From: Fimbriimonadales bacterium
GTDB taxonomy: Bacteria > Armatimonadota > Fimbriimonadia > Fimbriimonadales > ATM1
Length of the DNA: 24,536 nt
Assembly (NCBI GenBank): GCA_041744215.1
Contig: JBGTLG010000024.1
Coordinates: forward strand, 1-24,536
Reading direction: 5' to 3'
How positions within the stretch are numbered: position 1 is the stretch's first letter; each line of letters opens with the position of its first letter. A program made the translations under genes and the position numbers. Below are positions 16,397-24,536 of the stretch, piece by piece. The notes beneath the pieces are model-generated. The model saw nothing but the letters and a program-made list of their open reading frames with translations, was not told the origin of the DNA and made no database searches.

Positions 16397-16538
16397 GCGG
16401 GGCTGCAAGGTATCATCGTTCGGACAACAAAATACTCTCCGGTCATGCGCCGGGCGGATGAGACGCTTTTCTACTGATTCGCCAAGTCCCCGAACAACGC
16501 GGGGCCCGCACCGGCCACCGGAACACTTGGGTGACGGT

Positions 16539-18257
16539 TTGAACAAGGAAATCATCGTCAACGTCACCCCTCGCGAAACGCGCATCGCCGTCGTCGAAGA
16601 CGGACAACTAATGGAGTTGCGCGTGGAACGCGAGGAGCGTGTCGTTGGCAGCATTTACAAAGGCATCGTACAGAACGTTCTCCCCGGCATGGATGCAGCG
16701 TTTGTAGACATTGGATTGGAGCGCAATGCGTTCCTCTATGTCGCAGACATTCTCCCGGAGGAGGATAACAATGGCGACAGCCCAGCGAGCATCAAGCGAT
16801 CGGAACTGCGTCGCAGACAGATCAAGGATCTGTTGCGGCCAGGACAAGAGATCATGGTGCAAGTTATCAAGGGCCCGCGCGGAACGAAGGGCGCGCGCGT
16901 ATCCTCGCGCGTGGCGCTTCCTGGTCGCTATGTTGTTTTGATGCCGACAGGGAATCACGTTGGCGTCAGCCGGAAGATCGACAGCCGCGACGAGCGAGAT
17001 CGGCTTAAGCGCATTGGTGATCGGATTCGCCCGTCTGGATTCGGCCTCGTTATGCGAACCGAATGCGAAGGGCGCACCGAGCGCGACCTGAAGGCGGATA
17101 CTCAATTTCTCATTCACACCTGGAAGAAGATCGAGGAAAATGCGCGGCGGATTAAGGCGCCCGCGTGCATCTATCGCGACCAAACGCTGCTCTATCGGAC
17201 AGTGCGCGACATGCTCGGCGAGGAGATCAACCGAATGGTGATCGACGACCCTGACGAGTTTGAAAAGGTGCACATGATCATGGAAGTGGTCATGCCCGGA
17301 ATGAGAGGGCGGATCCAGCTGTATGATGGCGACACGCCGATATTCGACAACTACGGAATCGAACGCGACTTAGAGAAGTTTCTAAAGCAGAAGGTCTGGC
17401 TGAAATCGGGAGCTTATCTCGTAATGGACGAGATGGAAGCAATCACCGCGATTGACGTCAATACAGGGAAAAACGTTGGTTCGACAAACCTCGCTGACAC
17501 GATCCTACGAGCAAACTTGGAGGCAGCCGAAGAGGTTGCAAGGCAACTTCGGCTTCGAGACATGGGGGGAATCATCGTCGTCGACTTCATCGACATGGCG
17601 AGCGCAGCAGATCGGAAGAAACTGTTGACGCACTTCCAAAACGTCTTGAAGCGCGACCGCGCGCGGACAAGAGTCGGTCGCGTAAGTTCGCTCGGGCTGA
17701 TCGAGCTAACGCGAAAGCGAACGGATGAATCCGTATCGCAAGCGCTCACATCAGTTTGCCCCACTTGCTCAGGTCAGGGTCGCGTCCCGAGCAACGACAC
17801 CGTTTCATTATGGGTGGAGCGCGACCTGCGCAGACAGCTTTCTGATCCTGGCAATGCTTTCCTCGTTGAATGCAGCCCGGCGGTGTGCGAAGCGCTGATT
17901 GGCGCAGACGGCGAAAACGTCGAAAACTTGGAGCACCTGTTGCGGCGGGCGATTTATGTGCGCTCGAACCCAACTCTTCCGCACGATGAATACTCGATTC
18001 GCGCAGGAACGATCGAGGAACTCGATCGCGAAGTGATGGGATTCAGGCGCGCACAAGTCGTCGAGTGCAATGTTCGGAACAGCATGCTGACTGGTTCAGA
18101 AAAAGCAGTTGGATGGACTGATGGTGGTTACTACATCGAATTGATCGAAGGGGATGTCCACGTTGGTCGGCGCGTAAAAGTTTGTCTTGAAGACATTCGG
18201 CGCTCGTTCGCTGTTGCGAGCGTCATCTTGTCTGGCAAAGTAAGAGAGATTCCTTAA
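16539..18257 (+). CDS. rng: Rne/Rng family ribonuclease (RNase G-like) with a C-terminal TRAM-like domain, 572 aa
   Basis: GSIYKG.V.NVLPGMDAAFVDIG, S1-like region, IDVNTG, RQLRLRDMGGIIVVDFIDM, zinc-link CPTCSGQG. TTG start at 16539 inferred from the family N-terminus KEIIVNV. Confidence 0.9.
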   Translation: MNKEIIVNVTPRETRIAVVEDGQLMELRVEREERVVGSIYKGIVQNVLPGMDAAFVDIGLERNAFLYVADILPEEDNNGDSPASIKRSELRRRQIKDLLRPGQEIMVQVIKGPRGTKGARVSSRVALPGRYVVLMPTGNHVGVSRKIDSRDERDRLKRIGDRIRPSGFGLVMRTECEGRTERDLKADTQFLIHTWKKIEENARRIKAPACIYRDQTLLYRTVRDMLGEEINRMVIDDPDEFEKVHMIMEVVMPGMRGRIQLYDGDTPIFDNYGIERDLEKFLKQKVWLKSGAYLVMDEMEAITAIDVNTGKNVGSTNLADTILRANLEAAEEVARQLRLRDMGGIIVVDFIDMASAADRKKLLTHFQNVLKRDRARTRVGRVSSLGLIELTRKRTDESVSQALTSVCPTCSGQGRVPSNDTVSLWVERDLRRQLSDPGNAFLVECSPAVCEALIGADGENVENLEHLLRRAIYVRSNPTLPHDEYSIRAGTIEELDREVMGFRRAQVVECNVRNSMLTGSEKAVGWTDGGYYIELIEGDVHVGRRVKVCLEDIRRSFAVASVILSGKVREIP

Positions 18258-18275
18258 AGAAGCACGTCCGGCCGC

Positions 18276-19502
18276 TCATAACTGCCCATTTTCCAGCAAC
18301 CTCGCCAGTTCTGATGCGGAGACAACGCGAGACTTGGCGAACGCAATTCGCTCCATCCTTTCTGTTGCTTCGCCCGATGTGAAGTCCCACTCCCCGCGCG
18401 GACGCTCGATAATCCACGCAGAAACTCCTCGCGATGCAAGCTCTTCCAAAAGCGTCAGATTTTCCAAGTTGCCGGTGCCATACGGCGTCGGACAAACGAC
18501 GACTGCTTCTGCATCGGATGCGAGGTGCAGCGCTTCTTCGCGAAGTTTGGACGTGAATTTTGAAAAGGGTGGAGCCGCGACGCACGGAATCCCCAAGCGA
18601 ACTGCCGCTTCGTAGTCTGAATCCGATACGTGCGTTATTCCAAGCGACAAGTTGTGTCCGATTTGCCAAAGCTCTGTGAGTATCGGCGCGGCACTTCCAC
18701 CTCCGCCAACCAAATGGATCCTCTTGGGCGTTTTTGTTTTCGACTTTTCTGGAACGAATTCCGGCACAACGATAATGCGCCCTGTTCTGTCGTCGCGCAC
18801 TCGCTCAAACGCCGCGCCATATACGCGCTCAATCTCTTGCGAAGACAGCACTTCGTCGACGGGACCTTCTGCAACGACCCGGCCCGAGTACATCAGAACC
18901 GCGCGGTCCGCAAATCCTGACGCAAGATTCAAATCGTGCAGCGCGGCGGCGACTCCCTTTCCTTCGCGCGACAATTGTCGCAACAAAGCAAGCGTCGCAA
19001 TCTGAAAACCGATGTCCATGTGCGCGGTTGGTTCGTCGAGAAGGATCACCGGCGTTTCTTGCGCAAGCGCGCGCGCGACCAACACGCGCTGTCTTTCTCC
19101 TCCCGACAACGATGTAAAAGATCGATCTGCAAGTGCATCGAGCGTCGTCGCTTCGAGTGCGAGTTGCACTGACTCGCCAAAAGAATCGCCCGCGGCGAAG
19201 CGACCCATCTCCACCATCTCGCGAACCGTAAACTCAAAAACGGGCTCTTCAAACTGAGGCACCACCGCGATGCGCCGCGCCGATTCGCGAGCAGTTAACG
19301 AATACAAATCTTCACCATCAACCTCAACGCGACCCGACGTCGGGCGGAGCGTTCTTGACAGACAGCGAATCAATGTCGATTTGCCTGCGCCGTTCGGACC
19401 GAGAATTGCGACAAGCTGCCCCGGCTCGACACGAATCCCGACCTCTTTCAAAACCGGTTCCGCGCCATAGCCCGCGACAACATCGACCGCTCTTAGCAAC
19501 AC
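18276..19502 (-). CDS. ABC transporter ATP-binding protein, iron-siderophore/cobalamin (FecE/BtuD-like) type with a C-terminal extension, 408 aa
   Basis: GPNGAGKST, LSGGERQR, LLDEPT, LHDLNLA; extra domain beginning IHLVGGGGS; GTG 19502 has CATAAT 6 nt upstream. Confidence 0.9.
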   Translation of the reverse strand: MLLRAVDVVAGYGAEPVLKEVGIRVEPGQLVAILGPNGAGKSTLIRCLSRTLRPTSGRVEVDGEDLYSLTARESARRIAVVPQFEEPVFEFTVREMVEMGRFAAGDSFGESVQLALEATTLDALADRSFTSLSGGERQRVLVARALAQETPVILLDEPTAHMDIGFQIATLALLRQLSREGKGVAAALHDLNLASGFADRAVLMYSGRVVAEGPVDEVLSSQEIERVYGAAFERVRDDRTGRIIVVPEFVPEKSKTKTPKRIHLVGGGGSAAPILTELWQIGHNLSLGITHVSDSDYEAAVRLGIPCVAAPPFSKFTSKLREEALHLASDAEAVVVCPTPYGTGNLENLTLLEELASRGVSAWIIERPRGEWDFTSGEATERMERIAFAKSRVVSASELARLLENGQL

Positions 19503-19558
19503 AGCGCGATTATGGACGTTTGGCGACACAAGGCAACCCGCGGCGGTATCCTCCGCGA

Positions 19559-20449
19559 ATGTCGCTTTGGCCGTTCAAGAAAAAGCCGACGCAGGCGCCG
19601 ATTGCAATCAACCGCAATTTCTATCTCTCCGTGCTGGCAGGCCCTGGCCCGCTGCCGCCGATTCTGCAACTGCTCAATCCACAAGGAACGAACGGCGCGG
19701 CCGCAGGTTTTGGTGCGCCGCTGACCGAAGGCGCATCGAAGGAGCTACTGAATGAACCGCTCGCGCCCGGCGCTTACGTTTTAACGACGACAGACAAACT
19801 TACCGTTTTGCAGATGGACGTCTTCCGGCGAGACGATGTGCATGCTTTTCAATTGCCGACCGACCCGCTGCAGCTCGAAGCGGCGAGACTCACGGGCCGT
19901 CGGCTTGCGCGCGCTGAGGCGAGCGAATGGCTTGTCAATCTCGTTTTCAAAGGCTACAGTCCCGACGCGTATCTGTCCGTCCAGTTCATGCAAGAGATCG
20001 CCGCGCGAATGGCGACGCTTACCGAAGGGGTTGTGGCAGATCCGCTCGCGGAGGTTTATCGGCTGCCAGAAGAAACGTCGGTGACGCCACGTATCGACCC
20101 GCGAATCGACTTCCGAGAAGTCGGGTCCGTGCGCGCGGTGCGAACGGGCGATGGCGTGTGGGTGAGCACTCGCGGCATGATCAAGTTCGATCAAGCCGAG
20201 TACGAGATGTTCGGTCTGCCCGACGAGCTAGTGGACACCGCCGCGAACATGCTGATTTCGGCGGCGCAGCAAACTCTCATCGGGCTCCCGATCCGCCCAG
20301 GCGAGACGGCCTTCGCGCTGGCGAGCCCCTTGGAGGCGGTAGCGGGATCGCGGGGGGAGTGGGATGGGCGGCAGGTGGTCGAGTTCCGCGACCCAGGCGG
20401 GTCCGGCGCGGCTCAAGGCGTCAAGGCCTGGGCCGATCAAGTGAGTTGA
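19559..20449 (+). CDS. Hypothetical protein with a DUF4261-like C-terminal region, 296 aa
   Basis: ATG 19559 lies 6 nt after TATCCT; WVSTRGMIKFDQAEYEM...IRPGET resembles DUF4261-type proteins (from recollection, not searched). Confidence 0.7.
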   Translation: MSLWPFKKKPTQAPIAINRNFYLSVLAGPGPLPPILQLLNPQGTNGAAAGFGAPLTEGASKELLNEPLAPGAYVLTTTDKLTVLQMDVFRRDDVHAFQLPTDPLQLEAARLTGRRLARAEASEWLVNLVFKGYSPDAYLSVQFMQEIAARMATLTEGVVADPLAEVYRLPEETSVTPRIDPRIDFREVGSVRAVRTGDGVWVSTRGMIKFDQAEYEMFGLPDELVDTAANMLISAAQQTLIGLPIRPGETAFALASPLEAVAGSRGEWDGRQVVEFRDPGGSGAAQGVKAWADQVS

Positions 20450-20502
20450 CCCGGGCTCGATCGCGATTTCGTCGGTCAGCGGGCGATATCCGAGGCTGGG
20501 GG

Positions 20503-20828
20503 GATCGTCCCCGCTGCCGAGTGGATGCTCCGCTAAGCCTAGTGGCTCGTCCATTCAGCCTAATGGAACCTCCGCTAAGCCTAGTGGCTCGTCCATTCAG
20601 CCTAATGGAACCTCCGCTAAGCCTAGTGGCTCGTCCACTCAGCCTAATGGAACCTCCGCTAAGCCGAGTGGCTCGTCCGCTCGGCCTAATGGAACCTCCG
20701 CTAAGCCTAGTGGCTCGTCCATTCAGCCTAATGGAACCTCCGCTAAGCCTAGTGGCTCGTCCACTTGACTTAGTAGCTCGTCCGCGATGCCTGATGGCGC
20801 CAGATTAGGCTTGTTGGAACCTCCGCTC
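20503..20828. repeat. Intergenic tandem repeat with a 42-bp unit made of two related 21-bp halves
   Basis: ctccgctaagcc starts at 20528, 20570, 20612, 20654, 20696 and 20738 (period 42). Unit is ctccgctaagcctagtggctcgtccattcagcctaatggaac, with degenerate copies at both flanks. Confidence 0.95.
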
Positions 20829-22002
20829 AGGGATCAGTTTCGGGCTCCGGAGGGGGAATTGGCACGTTCGAAGGTGCGCGCTGCCGGGTGGCCGCCTCGA
20901 TTACTCGCCGCGCGGCTTCCGTCGCCTCGGCGTCGGTCGTGTCCTTCCCGAAAGTGAACCGGAGCGCCTGCTTCGCGTCCGCCTCCGACCATCCCGAGGC
21001 GCGGAGGACGTGGGACGGCTCGATGCTCCCGCTGCTGCACGCGGCGCCGCTTCCCGCGTCGACCCCGATCAGGTCGAGGTTGATCAGCATGGACTCGGCG
21101 TCGCTGCCCGGAAACGCGAGGTGGGAATGGCCGGGAAGGCGCACCCCGCACTGAGTGATGACTGGCGGGACGGTAAGCGTTGGCAGAGTGAGCGCGGACT
21201 CAAATTGGTCGCGAACTTGGGCGATTCGCTCGGCTCGGCCTGGGTCGTTCATCGCGAGGCGCACCGCGGCCCCGAAGCCGACGATGCCGGCGACGTTTTC
21301 GGTGCCAGCCCTCATCTCGCGCTCTTGGCTGCCGCCGATGATTATCGGCTGCGGACTGATTCCGGCTCTGACGACGAGCGCGCCGATGCCCTTCGGGCCG
21401 TAGAGTTTGTGGGCGGAGACGGCGACAAGGTCGGCGCCTGGGGTCGGGAGGAGGCCGAAGGTTTGCACGGCGTCGCAGAAGTGGAGCACGCCGTGGGCGC
21501 GGGCGATTTCGGAGATGCGCTCTGCGTCGCTGATCGCGCCGGTTTCGTTGTTTGCGTGCATGGCGGCGACGAGGAGAACGTCGCTTCCCATCGCCTCTTC
21601 AACTGCGCCTGGCGAGAGGCTTGCGTCGCCTTCGACCGCGAGCATTTCGACGCGGTAGCCGAATGACTCGAGGAGCGGCTTCGTGTGGATGACGCAGTGA
21701 TGCTCGGCGTCGGAGATGACGATTCGGTTGCGCTCTGCCCCCCGGTTGGCGAGGGCGACGCCTATCAGCGCGAGATTTGCGGCTTCTGTGCCCGAGGAGG
21801 TGAAGAGGATCTCTCCTGCGAGGCATCCGAGTGCTTGTGCGAGCGTGTCGCGAGCGTCGTCGATTGCGACTCGCGCCTCTCTCGCTCCGGCATAGAGGCT
21901 GGACGGGTTGTGGAATTTCTCGGCGAGCCACGGGAGCATCGCCTGGCGCGCGATGGGGTCGAGCGGCGTCGTGGCGGCGTGGTCGAGGTAGATGCGGCTC
22001 AC
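20827..22002 (-). CDS. iscS: Cysteine desulfurase, IscS/NifS group I (PLP-dependent), 391 aa
   Basis: IYLDHAATTP, FTSSGTEA, ANNETG, DAVQ, SAHKLYGPKG, RAGTEN, catalytic GAACSSG; GTG 22002 has TACAAT 6 nt upstream. Confidence 0.92.
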   Translation of the reverse strand: MSRIYLDHAATTPLDPIARQAMLPWLAEKFHNPSSLYAGAREARVAIDDARDTLAQALGCLAGEILFTSSGTEAANLALIGVALANRGAERNRIVISDAEHHCVIHTKPLLESFGYRVEMLAVEGDASLSPGAVEEAMGSDVLLVAAMHANNETGAISDAERISEIARAHGVLHFCDAVQTFGLLPTPGADLVAVSAHKLYGPKGIGALVVRAGISPQPIIIGGSQEREMRAGTENVAGIVGFGAAVRLAMNDPGRAERIAQVRDQFESALTLPTLTVPPVITQCGVRLPGHSHLAFPGSDAESMLINLDLIGVDAGSGAACSSGSIEPSHVLRASGWSEADAKQALRFTFGKDTTDAEATEAARRVIEAATRQRAPSNVPIPPPEPETDP

Positions 22003-22057
22003 GCTGGGATTGTAGTCGGCTTGCATCGCGCGGCGCGCTGCGGGCGTCCCTAACCGC

Positions 22058-22879
22058 GTGGGGCTTCTCGAAGCGACTGTCCTCGGCATCGTCCAGGGCC
22101 TGACCGAATTTCTCCCGATCAGCAGCACCGCGCACGTTCGGATCGTGCCTGCGCTGTTTGGCTGGGCTGATCCTGGCGCGTCGTTTACAGCTGTGATTCA
22201 GCTTGGGACGCTTCTCGCGGTGCTGATTTACTTTCGATCCGACCTCGCTCGCGCTTTTATGGGCTGGTGCCGGTCTTTTCGCGGCGGGGAGCATCTGCGG
22301 ACGGCGGACGCTCGACTGGGCTGGGCTGCGTTTGTGGGGACGATTCCGGTGGTTGTGCTTGCGCTGCTCTACAAAGATTGGATTCGGGAGGATTCGCGGT
22401 CGCTGTATGTGGTTGCTTGGGCGCTGATCGGTTTGGCGGTGCTGTTGGCGGTTGCGGAGGTGGTTGGCAAGCGGCTGCGCCAGGTGGAGGATGCGCGGGT
22501 TTTGGATGGTTGGGTCGTTGGTCTGTTTCAGGCGATCGCGCTGATTCCCGGCGCGTCGCGCTCGGGCAGCACAATTACTGGCGCGCTGTTTATGGGGTTT
22601 GACCGCGCGGCGGCGGCACGTTTCAGTTTCATTTTGAGCACTCCCGCGATTCTCACGTCGGGTTTATTCGAACTGTTTGATCAGCGAAAAGAGATTCTGA
22701 CTATTGGCGTCGCGCCTGTTGTTGTCAGCACTCTGTTTTCTTTTGTTGCGGGTTATGCGGCGATCGCTTTTCTGATCAGCTACTTGAAGACGCACTCGAC
22801 GGCGGTGTTTATCGTTTATCGGATCGCGCTCGGGCTGGTGTTGTTGTTCCTTCTTTGGAAAGGTGTTCTCCAACCTTAG
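22058..22879 (+). CDS. uppP: Undecaprenyl-diphosphate phosphatase (BacA)
   Basis: GIVQGLTEFLPISSTAH, IQLGT, LIPGASRSGSTI, AARFSF, YRI motifs. Confidence 0.96.
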   Translation: MGLLEATVLGIVQGLTEFLPISSTAHVRIVPALFGWADPGASFTAVIQLGTLLAVLIYFRSDLARAFMGWCRSFRGGEHLRTADARLGWAAFVGTIPVVVLALLYKDWIREDSRSLYVVAWALIGLAVLLAVAEVVGKRLRQVEDARVLDGWVVGLFQAIALIPGASRSGSTITGALFMGFDRAAAARFSFILSTPAILTSGLFELFDQRKEILTIGVAPVVVSTLFSFVAGYAAIAFLISYLKTHSTAVFIVYRIALGLVLLFLLWKGVLQP

Positions 22880-23049
22880 TTTAGCCCGGTAAAACTAGCT
22901 GATCGACAAAAACCTTGCGGGTTTTGCGACAGTTGGTTGTTAGTCTGTTGTACTATGCTTTGGGAGGCGAAAATCGAAAGTGCCGCCCATGTAGGGGACT
23001 GCCCCGGAACTGTCGGGGGCACAGTCTTGAGACTGAAGGAGATTCGAGA

Positions 23050-23745
23050 ATGCGAACAGTGATTGTTATTGGGCTACTGTTGCCGTTGGCGGCGATGGCG
23101 CAATCATTTAACATCGACTTAGACATATCTGGGGGCAGTCCAGCGATCGGTTTTGGCGTGCCTTCGGACGCGTTTGGAGGTGCGGCGAATCAGCCAGGTC
23201 GATGGAATCGACATCCCTCAACTGGAGCCGGAACAACCTCGTTAGTAGACCTGCTTGGCAACACTACGGCCGTGACGCTCCGCGCGGTCGGCGGCATTGG
23301 CACCGGAGGCGGTTTCAACCAGCCACTGAATACAGGCGACTTTGCCTTGCTTTTGAACGACTTTTCGTCGCTGGCGAATGGCGAGATCACCTGGATATTT
23401 TCGGGGCTTCTACCTGGCCACTACCGGGTGTATAGCTACGCTGCAAACCCGGCCTATCTGACAACAGTGCCGACGAGTGTCACCGTTCCCTACAGCAGTA
23501 GCCAAAGCCCCCAAATCGTGACGGGCCCCATGCCGGGCAATGCTTTCCAGCACTTGGTAACTCATGCCGAGCACGACGTGTTGATCACTGCGGATGAGCT
23601 ACGGGTCTCAATAATCGGCCTTGATCAAACCAGGTTGTCGGCCGTGAACGGCTTTCAAATAGTGGTTGTTCCAGAGCCAGCGGCTCTGCTGATCCTGGGT
23701 ACAGCACTTATCGTCATGTCTCGCCGCCCATTTCGGCGAGCCTAA
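23050..23745 (+). CDS. PEP-CTERM sorting-signal surface protein, 231 aa
   Basis: Signal peptide MRTVIVIGLLLPLAAMA-Q; C-terminal VPEPAALLILGTALIVMSRRPFRRA (VPEP, transmembrane segment, basic tail). Confidence 0.85.
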   Translation: MRTVIVIGLLLPLAAMAQSFNIDLDISGGSPAIGFGVPSDAFGGAANQPGRWNRHPSTGAGTTSLVDLLGNTTAVTLRAVGGIGTGGGFNQPLNTGDFALLLNDFSSLANGEITWIFSGLLPGHYRVYSYAANPAYLTTVPTSVTVPYSSSQSPQIVTGPMPGNAFQHLVTHAEHDVLITADELRVSIIGLDQTRLSAVNGFQIVVVPEPAALLILGTALIVMSRRPFRRA

Positions 23746-23810
23746 CCTCACACATTGAGCTGCCAGAGCCGGCAGTTCACACTGACCGTTCAAACAATTG
23801 GAGATTGGAA

Positions 23811-24536
23811 ATGAACATCACATGCAAACTCGTTGCCGGCTTTCTGGCAACAACTATTGTAGGCGTTTCTGGCTTGTTTTTGCAGCCGGATCCAGTAGAC
23901 TCAAGGTACAACGGGACTGTGAGCGGCAACGATGTTGCCAATGCGGTTACTGTTGATGTGTTCGGCAATACGATCGTAACGGGCCAAGCCGATGAAACTT
24001 CTGGTGGCCTTAATGCTGTCACTATATCTTACTCCCCAACGGGCACCGAAAACTGGCGAGTTGATTTCGACGGCACTCATCAAGGCGAAGACGAAGGCGT
24101 AGCACTGGTTGTAGACAAAGCAGGCAACACATATGTCGCAGTTACATCGGAAGGAGATGGGACTGGCACCGACATAGTAGTTATAAAAATCAACCCGGTA
24201 GGGCAACGCTCAACGGATTGGCCAACAACGGGCGAAGGAGTCGGCGTCCGCCGTTACGACCATGACGAGAGCGAAGAGATCGCGTACGACATCGCGCTCG
24301 ATGAAGAAGGAAACGTGTATGTGACCGGCACCACCGATGGAAACGGTACCGGGCTCGACACACTCGTCATTAAGATCGAACCGGACGGCACGATGAACCC
24401 TGGGGGCGAAAACTGGCCCGCCGTCTACGACGGCGCAGAACAAGACGACGTCGGTCGCTCGATAGCGACGGACAAGGACGGTCACGTTGTGGTCGCGGGA
24501 TACACCAATACGACCACGACCAGTATCGGCGACAGG
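23811..24536 (+). CDS. Secreted beta-propeller (SBBP-type repeat) protein, 3'-truncated by the window edge and absent from the ORF track
   Basis: Manual translation gives an open frame from ATG 23811 (GGAG upstream) to the window end. It begins MNITCKLVAGFLATTIVGVSG and contains repeats AVTVDVFGNTIVTG, LVVDKAGNTYVAV, IALDEEGNVYVTG, IATDKDGHVVVAG. Confidence 0.85.
   Translation, partial: MNITCKLVAGFLATTIVGVSGLFLQPDPVDSRYNGTVSGNDVANAVTVDVFGNTIVTGQADETSGGLNAVTISYSPTGTENWRVDFDGTHQGEDEGVALVVDKAGNTYVAVTSEGDGTGTDIVVIKINPVGQRSTDWPTTGEGVGVRRYDHDESEEIAYDIALDEEGNVYVTGTTDGNGTGLDTLVIKIEPDGTMNPGGENWPAVYDGAEQDDVGRSIATDKDGHVVVAGYTNTTTTSIGDR

Noticed and set aside
19927-20808. 293-aa plus-strand ORF running through the tandem repeat
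   Set aside because: Overlaps the better-supported 19559-20449 gene in another frame, has an Arg-rich shadow composition, and stays open partly because the repeat period is a multiple of 3.
20503-20828. Possible CRISPR array
   Set aside because: Units are contiguous and near-identical with no unique spacers; no cas genes in the window.
20827-22002. Dedicated selenocysteine lyase linked to the selenoprotein
   Set aside because: Looks like an ordinary group I desulfurase, about 8 kb away, with no sel genes nearby; nothing in the sequence ties them together.
22903-22929. Intrinsic terminator after uppP (AAAACC-ttgcg-GGTTTT)
   Set aside because: The GC stem is too short to call confidently.
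22990-23035. Cobalamin riboswitch (ACTGCCCCGGAACTGT resembles the B12-element core)
   Set aside because: The upstream GGGAA and GGTG-AA-TCC elements are absent and the downstream genes are not B12-related; an Rfam scan would settle it.

Overview
Gene-dense, GC-rich bacterial chromosomal segment, probably Armatimonadota/Fimbriimonadia. This is inferred from the '[34 protein letters not shown]' prepilin signature and a PEP-CTERM protein. It carries a divergent GH38/GH57-type glycoside hydrolase and a tightly coupled minus-strand run: efp, Cys-rich membrane protein, accB-like, pilin-like, accC, nusB, folD, htpX. It also has a DUF1559-type prepilin with a small lipoprotein, a Spy/CpxP-like lipoprotein, motAB, an HExxH peptidase, a nucleotidyltransferase, RNase G/E, an orphan ABC ATPase, a DUF4261-like protein, a 42/21-bp tandem repeat, a cysteine desulfurase, uppP, a PEP-CTERM protein and a truncated beta-propeller protein. 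Two observations stand out. (1) Two ORFs that the track splits (12723-12938 and 11742-12698) are one reading frame broken by a single in-frame UGA, in a C-T-(UGA) thioredoxin-like motif followed by a SECIS-like hairpin, so this is a candidate 398-aa selenoprotein. (2) The AccB-like protein has EALGL instead of EAMKM and so lacks the biotin-accepting lysine, reminiscent of plant BADC regulators. Also visible are many apparently leaderless genes in compact divergent pairs and ECF-sigma-type promoter motifs. No rRNA, tRNA, CRISPR array or mobile element was recognised.
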